The notes beneath the pieces are model-generated. The model had not been told where the DNA came from. It saw nothing but the letters and a program-made list of their open reading frames with translations, and did no database searches. DNA of 63,996 nucleotides, filler included, from Stramenopiles sp. TOSAG23-2 (Eukaryota), in the NCBI GenBank assembly GCA_900128395.1. It is 11 parts of 11 records of this genome, joined end to end, with 100 filler letters (N's around TTAATTAATTAA, not from the genome) between each part and the next. Parts side by side here need not be neighbours in the genome. Positions count along the whole stretch, not along the records: positions 35,215 to 40,967 come from LT650597.1; positions 41,068 to 46,819 come from LT650598.1; positions 46,920 to 52,666 come from LT650599.1; 8 more parts are not named here. One strand, given 5' to 3'. Numbering within the stretch: the first letter of the stretch is position 1; each line of letters starts with the position of its first letter. Both the position numbers and the translations under genes were made by a program. Below are positions 35,215 through 48,157 of the stretch, in pieces.

Positions 35215-38200
35215 AATTTTTCCACCATCGTATCTAGCTCTACGTATAGTTTTCTCTTTCAAATCACTCCAATAAATATATTCTCCAGTTTCTTGGTCTA
35301 CAACGATTGCGTGTGGTCTAAACATATGCACTGTTCGTTCCACTTTTGATACAATTGGTAATGTATAGCCTTCGCTTAAACGAACTTTGAAGTTTCCAAT
35401 ACTTGTATCTTTTGTAGAATTTCCTTTTCCAGTTTGAACTACAACTTCCGTTACCATAAATGTTGAAAGTGTTGCCCCTTGTACTAATTGATGTAAACCA
35501 GTGGTACATTCCACGTAAGTTGAATTGTAATATATCATCGGATTGCAATTAAAATTACGAATATAAATTCCTTTTAAATCATCCTTATTAAATCCTAAAT
35601 TTGTTCCATACAATGAAAAAGTTGCGATACCAGAAATAATTTTAGTGCTACTACCAATGTCACTACCTAATACATTTAAGGATGATTTATAAATAGTATG
35701 ACCGTCTGAATGGTATACACCATACGATTTTGCAAAGAACGTGTTAGTGCTAACATCTACATCGCTGTCTTTACTTTGTATGGCAAAGCCTAAAATTGCG
35801 CTTTCTGACTTATCTACCAATTCGGTGCCATTACTGAGTACTTGTAAACTGCGATATCCCCTAGTTGGCTTGTATCCCATAATATGATTTGATAAAGCAT
35901 TCCGTGTTAATGACACCACACCAAAAATATCCTCTTCGCTGAATCGATCTTGATAAGTATGTTCCTTTGATTTAGTGCGTAAGATTGATGGGAATATTGA
36001 TGTAATGATCGGTATTTTTGCTACGACTGAAATGCTTTTACCCGTTGTCACCTCTACTTTGGTCTGTATAGAATCTACAAAACTAGCACTTTCCATTAAA
36101 TGCTTTGTATCTTGTGCAGCTGCATCGTCTTGAACTTTCACCTCATAGACTATAACAATTGTCGTTGAGAGCAAACGGCGCCTTCGACTTGAATCGACAA
36201 CTTCTGTTATGGATATGATCGTCACGACGTCAGGCTGAACACCAAGTGCTTGGGCAATATCGTTGGTAATTTCACTTCTTTTATTTTCAATCTCGGCTAC
36301 TGTTATATCACCGCTAAATTCTAAGCTTTGCGTTACAAGTTTTGTTGCCATGCATATTTTCAAGTCCATAAATGGATTATTTTGTGCGCTTGTTGTATAT
36401 CCAAAAGTACCATTGCCAAAATTAAAAACAAAACAAATATTCGGATTTGACATTAAGGTGGCATCGTTAAACGCATTTGTGCGCACATACACCGTTGCAT
36501 TTCCAGTAAAATTAGTGCATTCAGCTGTTGTGCATGTTCGCATTGTTTGAATAACATGTGTGCCATTGCACACGTTCGAGACGTAACTAAATGTATTACA
36601 GTTACCGCCTACATCACTTTTTGCAACAAACTCATTTCTATTTCGTCCAGGTATCCATTGATATATTGGAATATTTATACCAACTGTACTACCATTACAA
36701 TTATCAGTCTGTACAGTATCATGTGTCCATAATGGCGCACCATCGAACTGCGAGGTCGGTTTGTTCTCTGGTGAAAGGTCGGGAAACATTTTCGATGCAT
36801 CTCCACCACAGCATGGCGCTAATTTTGTTAAATGATCCAGTAAATTTGGAACTGCATAGTCAGTTCCAGCATGCGTAACAGGATGCTTAAACATAGAACA
36901 TGTTGGATTTGTTAAATCCATACCTGGTAGCAAAGAATCGAGGTAGGCAAGCCAATTCTCACAAGTGTTTTGGTTGTGATTTATATTGACTACCAAGTTT
37001 CCTTGATAATCGACTGGGTTAGAGCACAAGTTTAAATATAACGCACCAGGTGGATCTACTTCACTAACTGTGATTGATGACGATACTTCAACTGCGGTTA
37101 GTAATCTACGCCTTCTACTACTTATGCTCAACGACTTTGGTATTGTATTTTTTGCGTCATTTTCCACATTATCAATCGAATCGTCGTCGCTCATTGTTAA
37201 TGTTATGAAAACATTACATTCGTCATTGTTACTTTGGTGAATATATGAAGCGTTATTCACCGTCGATAGTGTTGCTTTAATGTCATCTGTAATTTTATTA
37301 GAAACCTCATCATCACATGCGGTTTTGTACGATGCTATTGACGTGATTTCTTTTCTTTTTTTCAATTCTGTTACCACGCCATTTTGTTTTTGCAATGTTA
37401 ATGCATTAATCATGAATCTTGTTTTCGTGTCTGGCTTTAAATTACTAGCAAGCAGCATGAATTCGGTTTCTGCTATTGTATCACAACTTTCCGAAGATTC
37501 CCCGCTAGTGAGACAATCTGCTTTTAGAATTGCTGCGCTTGAAATAGCACTATTATACTTGCGAGCTTTTAATTCATTTTCTGTTATGTCTAATTGTGTT
37601 ATTTGTGCTTTCATATCATCTTGGCATTGACTACCAGTGCAGGACAATTCTAATTGAATCATTTCAAATTGGCTGCGTATTAATGTGTTATCAATTGACA
37701 GTTGGCTTTTCATGTCATGTTGCAACATCAACGTTGCATTTTCTTTACATGACGCAATTGTTTCCCCGCTTTTTCGACAGTCTGCAATATAATCTCCAAC
37801 AATTTGCGATTTAGCTTTTTCAATATCTGCATGGCGATGTATATTGTTGCGCAACAATGCATAAGTGCCTTGATCCCCAATATTTTCCGTGCCATTTATG
37901 CCTTGTAAGCCATCGCTTGTAGCCGAATTGGCAAGTATTTGCCGATAAAGCAATTGTTCTGCGCCTTCCCTTTTAATCGTTGCTTTTTCGGTTGTTGAAC
38001 TTAGCCGACGAAGTTGACGCCGGCGTCTACTTGTGCTAGATGTAACAACTTTTAAATATTCTTGCTCGTAATTACAATCATTAATATTATCTTTGTTTGC
38101 TTTTAAACACGACAAAGCCGTACTAGCTATTTTTGATGCCCCAACTTTTTTCGAAAACATATGTGCTTTTAATGGCTCCACATCTACGTCAATTCCAAGT

Positions 38201-40965
38201 GCTTTCATATCAGCCTTTCGCTGGGCATTTTGTTCTTCACTTGAGGAGGAGGTATCGGATGATAGTGCTTCATTAGTTGTCGCTAATGCTTGCATCTGCG
38301 CCATCCGATTAAATTGATGCACATCAACCGCCGTCACGCTTGATTTTCCTAATGCTTCCTTTACAGATGTTTCTGTATCGGCATTTACGGACATACATTC
38401 TTGTTTTTTCGTCTCATTGCCTAAAGCTCCATCATAACATGCTTTTATCACGTCCATGACGTGGACTGCAGCGCCGTCGAATTTCACTTCTTCAACTTCA
38501 GCCTCTGAAATCGTATTATCTTCCACAGATGTATCCCGGCCCAATAAAATGGCAACCATATTTCGTGCTTCTAATTTACATTCATTTAATTTTTCCGTAT
38601 CCGAACCAGCGAGGCTTGTACATGCGACAACAGTTTCAGTAGCTTTCCCAGATGCACCCTCAAGAACATATGCTTCTGCCAAATAATCATCAACGGTTAA
38701 AACACCTGTTGATTCTTTGATCGTCTCAATTAACTCAGTACGATCGCTACTGCACTTCTTTTGTTCTGTTACATCTGTACCAGCAGCATTCATACAGTTT
38801 TTCCGGCTGACAGCAGCACTTGCTTTACCAGCCTGTTGAACAAATTTGTTTACATCTGCATTAGTGATGTCTTCGCTTCCTAACGCAGTTTGCAACGCTT
38901 CTTTTGCACTATTTCCAGCACATGCCGCAGTGGCGGCTTCAACCTCACCTTCTGTTGGTTCCAGTTTAGCCGCATCCACGCAGCTTTTCATCATGTCAGC
39001 AACAGCATCTTGAGCGCCTTTGTTCTTGAAGAACTCAAACGATGTATCATCAATTTCACTTTGTCCTAGCGATTGCGCTAATGCTTGCTTTACTGCTTGT
39101 CTCTTTTCTGCCTCGCTGGTAGAGTCGTCTTCCACAGCTGCCTTCATGGCATCTGCAACTGCGGCTTTAGCAGCATTTCGCACAAACGCTTCCACTTCTG
39201 TCTTCGAAACATCATTACTATCTCTTTTCCCAAGTGCGTTTGATAATGCTTCTCTTGCGGAGCTAGATCTACAATCATCTAGTTTTGCCTGTTTTGCAGC
39301 AGCACCTGTCTCGCTTTCAGCAGCCGCAGCACATGCTGACATTGCATTTTTTACGGCCGTTTTGGCCCCGTCCTCGATAAATTCCTCTAGCTTCGTATTT
39401 GAGATCTCTGCTTTTCCCAGAGCGGCTTTCAATGCTTCTTTTGCAGCCTCTTTTCTCTCCGCCACGCTCGTTCCATTAACAGATGCAGCAGCTTTCATAG
39501 CTTCCATAGCTTTCTCTTGTGCGCCTTTTCGGATAAATAACTCGACATCAACCTGTGTCACAGTAGCTTTGCCTAAACTTTTTGCAAGCGTATCCTTCGC
39601 AGATGTTGATCTGCATTTTTCTTGCTCCGTCGTGTTTGTGGATGACTCCATACAAGCTTTCATTGCATCGCCAACAGCATCTTTTGCACCTTCATTTATA
39701 AATTCATTTACTTCCATGTTGGAAACCTCTGTTTTTCCCAATGATTGTGCTAATGCGACTTTTACAGCATCTTTTGCAGCTTTAGCTTTTTCGTCTGCCG
39801 TACCGTTAACTTCCATTGCAGCCTGTATCGCTTTCATGGCTGAGGATTTTGCACCCTCCCGAACAAATTCTTCAACGTCAATAGCAGTCACCTCTTTACC
39901 AAGCGAGCCTTCCAATGCATTTTTGACAGATTCACTTTTACAGTTTGCCAAAGCGGTAGTTTTATTTTCGCCACTCAATGAATTTGCTACACTCATACAG
40001 TTTCCCATGGCATCCTCAGCAGCTTTTTTGGCACCTTCTATGATAAACACTTCTACATCTATGTCAGTGACTTCAGTTTTACCAAGACTTGCTTTCAATG
40101 TATCTTTCAAAGTATCACCTCTACATGATTGGAGAGCAGCACTTTTATCTGCCGTACTATTTACGGCATTTGCAGCTTCAACGCATGCCTTCATTGTATC
40201 TGCTACAGCAGACTTTGCCCCTTCGTTTAAAAACACTTGCAATTCTGTATTTGAAACATCCTCTTTTCCTAAAGCTTGTTTCAATTGATCTTTAGCGATC
40301 TCTTTAGCTGCGCTTGCCCTTGCTTCTGCTGACACGCCAGTGTTATTGCCACTCATGGCATCTTGCATTGCTTTCAACGCCGCATTTTGTGCTCCTTTTT
40401 TAATAAATTGCTGTACATCCACATCAGTAACATCAGCTTTCCCAAGAGATTCCTTCAACGATTCCTTAGCGTTTTGGTTTTTGCATGCATCAATGGAAAT
40501 TTGCCTTGCTGTTCCAGTTAAATTTCCTGCCGCTTCAACGCACTGAGACATTGCATTTTTTACCGCATTTTCAGCTCCTTTTTTCAAGAATTCTTCTACA
40601 TCTTCTTGGGAAACATCTAGTTTGCCAAGACTATCTTCCAGTGCTTTCTTTGCTTCCTCTGTTCTGCATCGATCGATTGCTGCTTGGTCGTTTCCAGCAT
40701 TTCTCATACATATTCCCATTTTGTCTGCAACTGCATCGCCAGCAGCGTCGTTAAGCTTTTTGGTAAACTCCGTTTCAGTCAATGGTGCCCCTCCACCAAG
40801 AGCTTCTTCCATTGCTTTTTTCGTCTCAGCGCGAATTAGAGCTTCTTTCGCTCGTATTGACATACCCGTTTGATTTAGTATTCTCTCCTTTTCAGCCTTT
40901 GCTTTTGCTAAAGCTTGGGCTTGCGCTTGCCGTTCTCTTATTTCTAGTTTTCTAGATTCTTCTTT
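35215..40965 (-). CDS. Giant extracellular protein, internal fragment (>1900 aa): ~14 Ala-rich helical repeats, three RRRR(Q)L motifs, IPT/TIG-like domain, start of a YWTD beta-propeller
   Basis: One open frame spans the entire scaffold; repeat GAxxAxxxAMxxC...C...LGKxxVxxxxVxxF; LYGTNLG...NSTYVECTT; PHAIVVD...YIYWSD...IRRARYDG; many NxS/T sequons. Confidence 0.85.
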
Positions 40966-41204
40966 ATNNNNNNNNNNNNNNNNNNNNNNNNNNNNNNNNN
41001 NNNNNNNNNNNTTAATTAATTAANNNNNNNNNNNNNNNNNNNNNNNNNNNNNNNNNNNNNNNNNNNNTCTTGCGATTGAGTATTGAGCATATTACTTAAC
41101 ACGAGAAGTGTAAAATTATTACAAAGCGTATAACTTACGTAGATTTTAACCACCATATAATATGATAATTAAAATATTTTTTATGTCAAAACATTGTCTT
41201 TTTT

Positions 41205-42170
41205 TTATATAGATGTACGCTGTTTCGTTCCATCTGGATTGATATTTAATTGAATACATACTTGAACAAACTCTTCAAATGGCAATTCTTTATATTGCCC
41301 ATTTGATGTTTTCAATATTAATTCAAGTCTCCTCATGGCATCACTATTAATTCCTTGACTTCGTTTTGTATATGCCCGAAATTCTTGAATAGAAATAGCA
41401 CCATTTTTGTCTGTATCCAATAGACTAAATAACTTTGTATACGGCTGCGGTTTTGCCTCCGAAACATTTTGTGACAATTGTACGGATGAACTTTTTACTG
41501 CATCACTATTGAAACTTTTATGAGCCATATTGTTGTTTCCAATACTATTACGAGCCATATTGTTTACAACAGGCGCAGCTGTAGCTGTTGGCATTGCATT
41601 TAGACTGCCGTTTGCAACATTTGTTGTCATACGTTTTAAAAAACTTTCAAATGTCATTTTTGCTTCTTGAATCCAGTATTCATTTGGATCTTCACCAGGC
41701 ACTCGGAAACCAAAGCCATCAAAACGAAATTGTGCAACTGACAATGCGGAAAGCAAAGTCAATTCGTCTTTTGTCGCATCTGGTACGTTAGCTTGAGAAA
41801 GCAGAGGCATCCATCCTACTTCATGATCTTGGTAATAAACAGTTTCAAGATTGCCACATGGCGCATCCTGTTTCGGACGGAATATTGGTTGAATCTCAAC
41901 TCGATAAGGATATTGAACAGCTGTCTCTTTTTTAGCAAATTGACAACATTTGCAATTCCCAGCACTTCGACACGAGCAACATACTTCATAACATGGTTTG
42001 CAAATAAAACAACATTTGTTACACGTGTCGAAACAGGGTTGGCATCGTCTTAAGCACCCATTGATACAGTTTTTGCATGGTGTACAACGCAACCAATACA
42101 TACACCTCGCATAGCATTTTTTGCAAGAAGCACACGGCCCCTGCATGTACAAATGTTTCACTGTTTCCAT
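41205..42170 (-). CDS. Protein with Cys-rich N-terminus and C-terminal EF-hand pair (321 aa)
   Basis: About 20 Cys in the first 80 aa; canonical loop DTDKNGAISIQEF plus a degenerate second hand (LPFEEF). Confidence 0.75.
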   Translation of the reverse strand: METVKHLYMQGPCASCKKCYARCMYWLRCTPCKNCINGCLRRCQPCFDTCNKCCFICKPCYEVCCSCRSAGNCKCCQFAKKETAVQYPYRVEIQPIFRPKQDAPCGNLETVYYQDHEVGWMPLLSQANVPDATKDELTLLSALSVAQFRFDGFGFRVPGEDPNEYWIQEAKMTFESFLKRMTTNVANGSLNAMPTATAAPVVNNMARNSIGNNNMAHKSFNSDAVKSSSVQLSQNVSEAKPQPYTKLFSLLDTDKNGAISIQEFRAYTKRSQGINSDAMRRLELILKTSNGQYKELPFEEFVQVCIQLNINPDGTKQRTSI

Positions 42171-42343
42171 CTTCAGTAAACATGTAAACTTTTTTGGGGA
42201 TTAACGTACAGTTCATTAGACGCAGTCTCTCGACTAGCTAAAAGGATAAGGTTTTGTAGAATCGATCATAATTGAATATGATCGCAAGGCTCATCTACAA
42301 ATTCTAATGAATTGTCAATTCTAATTGAATGAACAATACACTT

Positions 42344-42845
42344 TTAATTACTGACGGAAAATTTAGCACTACATAGCACTAAAAACAAGATTTCAGGTGA
42401 AAATGTTTTCCGTCAGTAAATGAATTATTTCTATACCTTGATTTTTTAATTATGGAATTATATAGTCAAAATATAATATTATTATTATCTTAATAATAAT
42501 ATATTTATATCAAATTGTATATCGGATATTTATTATAATAATGTTATATCGATATAAATATGTAATTTAAAGCATGAAATCATGATGAAATCAAGAATGG
42601 AATATTTTCATTTTTTATCAGATTTTTACATATATCATCATGTATTTATTGGAATTTTGATGATATTTTCTCAATGTATAGTTGTTATTATATTATATAT
42701 AAATTATATCATAAATTATTCGTATATTTTGTATTTTATAAAATTATTATATACAATAATTGTCATTTTGGAACTGACGGAAATATTTTCACCTGAAATC
42801 TTGTTTTTAGTGCTATGTAGAGCTAAATTTTCCATCAGTAATTAA
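42344..42845. mobile_element. MITE-like non-autonomous DNA transposon (~500 bp, ~73-bp terminal inverted repeats)
   Basis: TTAATTACTGACGGAAAATTTAGCACTACATAGCACTAAAAACAAGATTTCAGGTGAAAAT..TTCCGTCAGT at 42344 is nearly the exact reverse complement of 42773-42845; extremely AT-rich non-coding interior. Confidence 0.8.
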
Positions 42846-44233
42846 TGCACAGTCTGGGCTAGCCCTGGGCTAGCCAGCTAGCTCCGCTGGTAAAATCTTA
42901 TAGGAAGACAGAGTGTTTAAGTATACCACAAAATTTGTACCGAAAATCACTAAAAGAGGAGTGCATTATTAACAAATAAAAAAATGGGGGGCTGGGGGTA
43001 CAGTAGAGTAGCAAGTAGTTTACTGTGCTTTCAGGACCTTTTTCGAAAAAAATTCGAATTTCCCCGAAATTCCAAAAATAAAAAAAGAGAATACATGAAT
43101 GTGTTCTACTCATAAAACGATGATTTCAAAACACCCAACTTTTATAACATAATTCCATCTAGTATTCAAATTAGATTTGCTTAATGTTTGTTCATTTACA
43201 TTAAATTTGTCACTTTTAACGTTTATATGACATATAACATGTATGTATCATGTGTTTACAAAACTAATTTATTCATGTGTATAATGATATATTTTTGTTG
43301 AAGTAAGGGGATCATTAAGGTTGCATATACAGTGGTATAACATGTTTCCATCGATTATTATAAAAATAAATTTCCGATTTGAATTGCTATATTATTAGTA
43401 GTCTAGTAGTACAATATAATAGCAACATTAATATTTTAAAATTGTATAAGTTAATTCCATTTTATAGATGAATATAAAAATTTTTTGGCCATTCCATTCC
43501 TCATCGTTTAAAAAAAATAAAGAGGAAAGAATTGTCAGAGGTAGCAAATATGATGCTAAAAAAGGACCCGGAACAAAGATGCACGGCGGCCTGCGAAGCA
43601 ATCACCTAGTCAGTGAAGTATCTGGGCTGATTGATGGTAGAATCCATAAAATTAATAGGGTTCTGATACAACATGTTGTAGATGGGGCAATTTTTAATTT
43701 TACTTATATTATTTTTAATTATAGAAGACATCTATGTAATAATAAGAATGTCCTTTTTTTAATTACTATGATGATCTATTCTTTGTTACAATATTTATCA
43801 TTTACACCGATGAAATAATTTTTCCTCTATTATTATTATTATTGTTTTATATAGAGTAGTAGTATTGACCACATATGTATATCTACATGTATATATTATG
43901 TCTTATAGAACTTAGACAACTTAGACTTTTGCTTTGATGGGCTTTCCAGCTTTCTGGCTTTTCAGCTTTCTGGCTTTCCAGAAAAGCTGAAATTTATACT
44001 TATTAGTATATACACTAAAAATAATGAGGATCTATACAGGATACAGGCAACGCAGGTACTCATAGAATAGCTTCTGTATCTGTGATGAAAAATTCGTTGT
44101 ATTCAAAATACATACCAGCATACACACATTATATTGATATATCTAGAAGTGTATAATACATGTCGTCTCATGAAACAAGGATACTGGAAAGAAAGAAAAC
44201 ATACAGATATATAGTAATATTGCTTTGAACATA

Positions 44234-44264
<31 letters not shown>

Positions 44265-44641
44265 CTTGAAAAAAGGCCTCAAAATATCTTCAAAAAAAAT
44301 ATCTTTATAAATATGGATATTTTAATACAATATCTTTTGTTTATCTCTGAATATTTTGGTCATTTTGGTATTTTATCACGGAGGTTAAGGTGGAGCAGCG
44401 AGAGGAAAAAAAATGATAAAATTAATTGAATTGTGATTGATGGGCACCATTCCAGGCATTGGCAACATTGGCCAAAATAATATATATAGTTATAAATGTT
44501 TAATGTATTTAAATCGATTTCAATTTATATGTATATAAAGTAAAAGTATTAATCTATTCAATTGCCCACCCTTTGCACATACTTGAAGACAAACTACCCC
44601 TCCCCAACAAAATTATAACCACCCCACCTAATCACACAACA

Positions 44642-46108
44642 ATGGCAACGAAAAAACTACGAGTAGCAATTGCACGACATGCAAATAATTTAATTGGTGA
44701 AACCATGTCAATATCTGGTTGGATTCGGACGATAAGAAAACAAGGTAAAATAACATTTTTAGAAGTAAATGATGGCTCATCATTAAATAATATGCAAATT
44801 GTTGCTAATTTTGATCTTGATAAATCTGATAATAACAAAAATAAATCGTTATCCATAGGATCATGTGTAAACATTCAAGGTAACTTAGTGGAAGGGCCAA
44901 AATCACACGGTGAAATGGAAATACAATTAAATAATAAAAATGATTTAAATTTAATAGGAAGTTGCGATGCAGAAACATATCCATTACAGAAAAAATACCA
45001 TTCCGTCGAATTTTTGAGAGATATATTACATTTAAGGCCTAGATCAAACACCGCAGGTGCTATATTACGAGTACGAAGTGAATTAGCTCATGGCATTCGT
45101 AATTTTTTCCATGAACAAGATTTTTTAGAAATTAATACACCAATATTAACATCAAATGATTGTGAAGGTGCAGGTGAAATGTTTGAAATTTTACAAGGTC
45201 ATGATGCAACTAATAATAATAATAACAACAACAACAATCCAAAAATGTATGATTTTTTCAATAACCCAACATATTTAACAGTTTCTGGACAGTTACATGC
45301 AGAAATATTTGCAAGTTCAATGACAAATGTATATACATTTGGTCCAACCTTTCGTGCTGAAAATTCAAATACATCTCGTCATTTAGCTGAATTTTGGATG
45401 GTAGAGCCTGAAATTGCATTTGCAGATTTACAAGATGCAATGTCATTGGCAGAAAATTGTTTAAAATATTCAATTAAACATGTGTTAGAACATTGTACGG
45501 AAGATATTGATTTTTTCAATAAACGTTTAGATAAAAATGTAATGAATCGTTTGACAAAAACAATGGATGAACCATTTCAATATATTTCATATACAGATGC
45601 AATTGATATGTTAAAAAAAGATGTTTCAACTAATCCGAAATTAATATTTGAACATGATGATATAAATTGGGGTATGAATTTACAAAGTGAACATGAAAAA
45701 TATATATCAGAAATAGTATTTAATGGAGCACCAACGGTTATACATCATTATCCAAAACGTATTAAACCGTTTTATATGAAAGAGTCTAAGGAAGAGGATG
45801 GTGGATATGGAGAAACAGTAGAAGCGTTTGATTTAGTCGTACCAAAAATTGGAGAATTAATTGGTGGTAGTGCACGTGAAGATGATTATAATAAGTTAAA
45901 ACAGGCAATGTTGCAACATGAATTATTAGATGAGGGTAATAATGATAATAATGAATTGCAATGGTATTTAGATTTAAGAAAATATGGAAGTGTTCCACAT
46001 GCTGGATTTGGATTAGGATTTGAACGTTTGTTGCAATATGTTAGTGGTATTGGTAATATAAGAGATGTGGTACCGATGCCACGGAGTAGAAATAGTTGTA
46101 ATATGTGA
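44642..46108 (+). CDS. NARS2: Asparagine--tRNA ligase, bacterial/mitochondrial type
   Basis: GWIRTIR, FLEVNDGS, HLRPRSN, DCEGAGEMF, YLTVSGQL, FGPTFRAENSNTSRHLAEFWMVEPE, GELIGGSARE, YGSVPHAGFGLGFER; exact start uncertain (frame open from 44573). Confidence 0.93.
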   Translation: MATKKLRVAIARHANNLIGETMSISGWIRTIRKQGKITFLEVNDGSSLNNMQIVANFDLDKSDNNKNKSLSIGSCVNIQGNLVEGPKSHGEMEIQLNNKNDLNLIGSCDAETYPLQKKYHSVEFLRDILHLRPRSNTAGAILRVRSELAHGIRNFFHEQDFLEINTPILTSNDCEGAGEMFEILQGHDATNNNNNNNNNPKMYDFFNNPTYLTVSGQLHAEIFASSMTNVYTFGPTFRAENSNTSRHLAEFWMVEPEIAFADLQDAMSLAENCLKYSIKHVLEHCTEDIDFFNKRLDKNVMNRLTKTMDEPFQYISYTDAIDMLKKDVSTNPKLIFEHDDINWGMNLQSEHEKYISEIVFNGAPTVIHHYPKRIKPFYMKESKEEDGGYGETVEAFDLVVPKIGELIGGSAREDDYNKLKQAMLQHELLDEGNNDNNELQWYLDLRKYGSVPHAGFGLGFERLLQYVSGIGNIRDVVPMPRSRNSCNM

Positions 46109-46919
46109 AATATATTATTTTTTTGTATATTTTTAAGATCCACAGCCCACAGCGTAGAGGCCTTGTGCCATGCGTAAATCCATAAAATATAATAGCGTAT
46201 ATATATAAGCTCGTACAATATTCTAATCTCTATACATTTATACCACTTTAACATATATATTTCTACTTTTTATTGAAAAACATGTCTTTTGTTGTTGAAA
46301 ATGGTAGGTAGAAATAAATTAATACAAGATAAAATATATACACATATCGTTATATATTTTAATGTTATTAATTAAATTAATATTATATGATAATGTTTTA
46401 GATTCTCCACCTGGTTAGTTTTAATATCTATGATAATATTCAACTTTATATTTTCTTCAATTTGTATCATTTTTCAAATAGCTTCCAACGCACTATAATA
46501 ATACACCATGTCAAGCATCAAAAAATTTTCAATGGCATAATCTTCGCCATTTCGTTGAATAGATGCCTAATTCTTTTTGCAAACGCTAGCTGACATGATT
46601 CTTTATGCCTCTAGACGCTGTCCCGGTTTCTATCGGAAATTTGGAACAGAGAAAAAAGTGTGCGCATAAAAATGTTTGTGTTTAACTTTTTAATATTTTT
46701 TTTTGAAGGGCATGGTTGTTCTAAAACTCTTATTTTTTCATTTTCGTGTTTTAAAACACTCAAAAGCTATAAACGATTATATGACGATTTCCGGCATAAA
46801 ATTATAGATAGAATATCTANNNNNNNNNNNNNNNNNNNNNNNNNNNNNNNNNNNNNNNNNNNNTTAATTAATTAANNNNNNNNNNNNNNNNNNNNNNNNN
46901 NNNNNNNNNNNNNNNNNNN

Positions 46920-47663
46920 TTACGGGGAGCCACATACCATCTAACGTAAGGATGGTTGTGGTGGCCTTTTTTAACCAGTTTCCTACGTTGTTTCCCAACG
47001 TGATCACGAATTTGTTCTATATTTCATTACATGATAAATCGGTTACAAAATATACAATATAATAAAGAAGTTGTGTTAGAGATAGAGGATAATAAAATAT
47101 AGGCCAGCAATGTGTATGGTAAAAGAAAACTTACTAAGTGTACGTTCGCCATTTAATATATCATAAATTCTATTATATCGTTCTTTAGTGTCGTAATACT
47201 TTATAAATGTTTCTAAACATAATCTTCTGGTCTCCCTGGTCCATCTAACTAATTGTTGTATTGAACCATTTTCATGGACGATGTGCTTAAAATTTTCGGG
47301 AGAAATAGTTTCGGGAGGCTCTTCATTTCGCAGCACCATTCCTCGATCTACAGTTATATCATTATCGCAATCAATTTCATCCAGGTAATGATCCTCCTTT
47401 CTATATTTATTGTATTGGCGAGCATATTTTTCTTTCCGGCCATATAACACGTCTTCTTTGTTTTCACACCCCATATTTTCTGCACGAATTCGTCTAAAAT
47501 TCTTTCTTTTTATTGTTCGGCTTCCCACAGTCCTTGATAATTGTTCGTTTGTAATAATTGGACGATCCAAACTTAATAATATCCCTCCTGTATCCAAGGG
47601 GTTAGTGTTTAAATGTTGATGTTTTCCTTTTAATTTTAAATACGATTGAAGTCCTGAAAGCAT
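46920..47663 (-). CDS. Divergent Myb/SANT-domain protein; exons 47663-47135 and 47016-<46920, 3' truncated
   Basis: Phase-1 intron GTAAGT(47134)..ATAG(47017) gives RWTRETRRLCLETFIKYYDTKERYNRIYDILNGERTLKQIRDHVGKQRRKL, which follows the Myb pattern WT...RTxxQIRxH. Confidence 0.6.
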
Positions 47664-47696
47664 GATGGATAAATTATATATTTGAACCACACAATG

Positions 47697-47800
47697 ATGT
47701 ATATTATATCTATATAAGATATAGCACTTGCAACACTTTATATTTCAATTTAAATTTGATTTATTTATTATTAAAATAATTCAATTGAAAGGTGGGTTTG
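47697..47800 (-). repeat. Copy 1 of a ~95-bp repeat, inverted relative to 52575-52666
   Basis: ATGTATATTATATCTATATAAGATATAGCACTTGCAACACTTTATATTTCAATTT...TTCAATTGAAAGGTGGGTTTG equals the reverse complement of 52575-52666 apart from small indels. Confidence 0.9.
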
Positions 47801-48157
47801 TATTATAGTGTTGCAACTGTTGTTGTCGTCAAACAAATTATTAAATTTTGTTTTTTTTTTTTGTTATGATGTATATATTATTATCAATGGTGTGTACATG
47901 TTGGCTAGGAAGTGATTGACTTTTTAAGAGCAAAATTGTACCCTGTATGCTATTGCGATAGACATATTTGTACTTAGTAGAATAAATGTGTTACATAGGG
48001 AACGGGAAAAGCATACATATTCCAAAACATTACATGTATCATATTTTATAGTATAATATATATACATATACTTCGTATTACAATGTATATATATATATAC
48101 ATCCTCGTATCATACCCAAATTTATTTTGAATTATAATACAACACAATATGAAACAT

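Noticed and set aside
43468..43818. 116-aa plus-strand ORF
   Set aside because: No recognisable motif on either strand; cannot be supported as a gene
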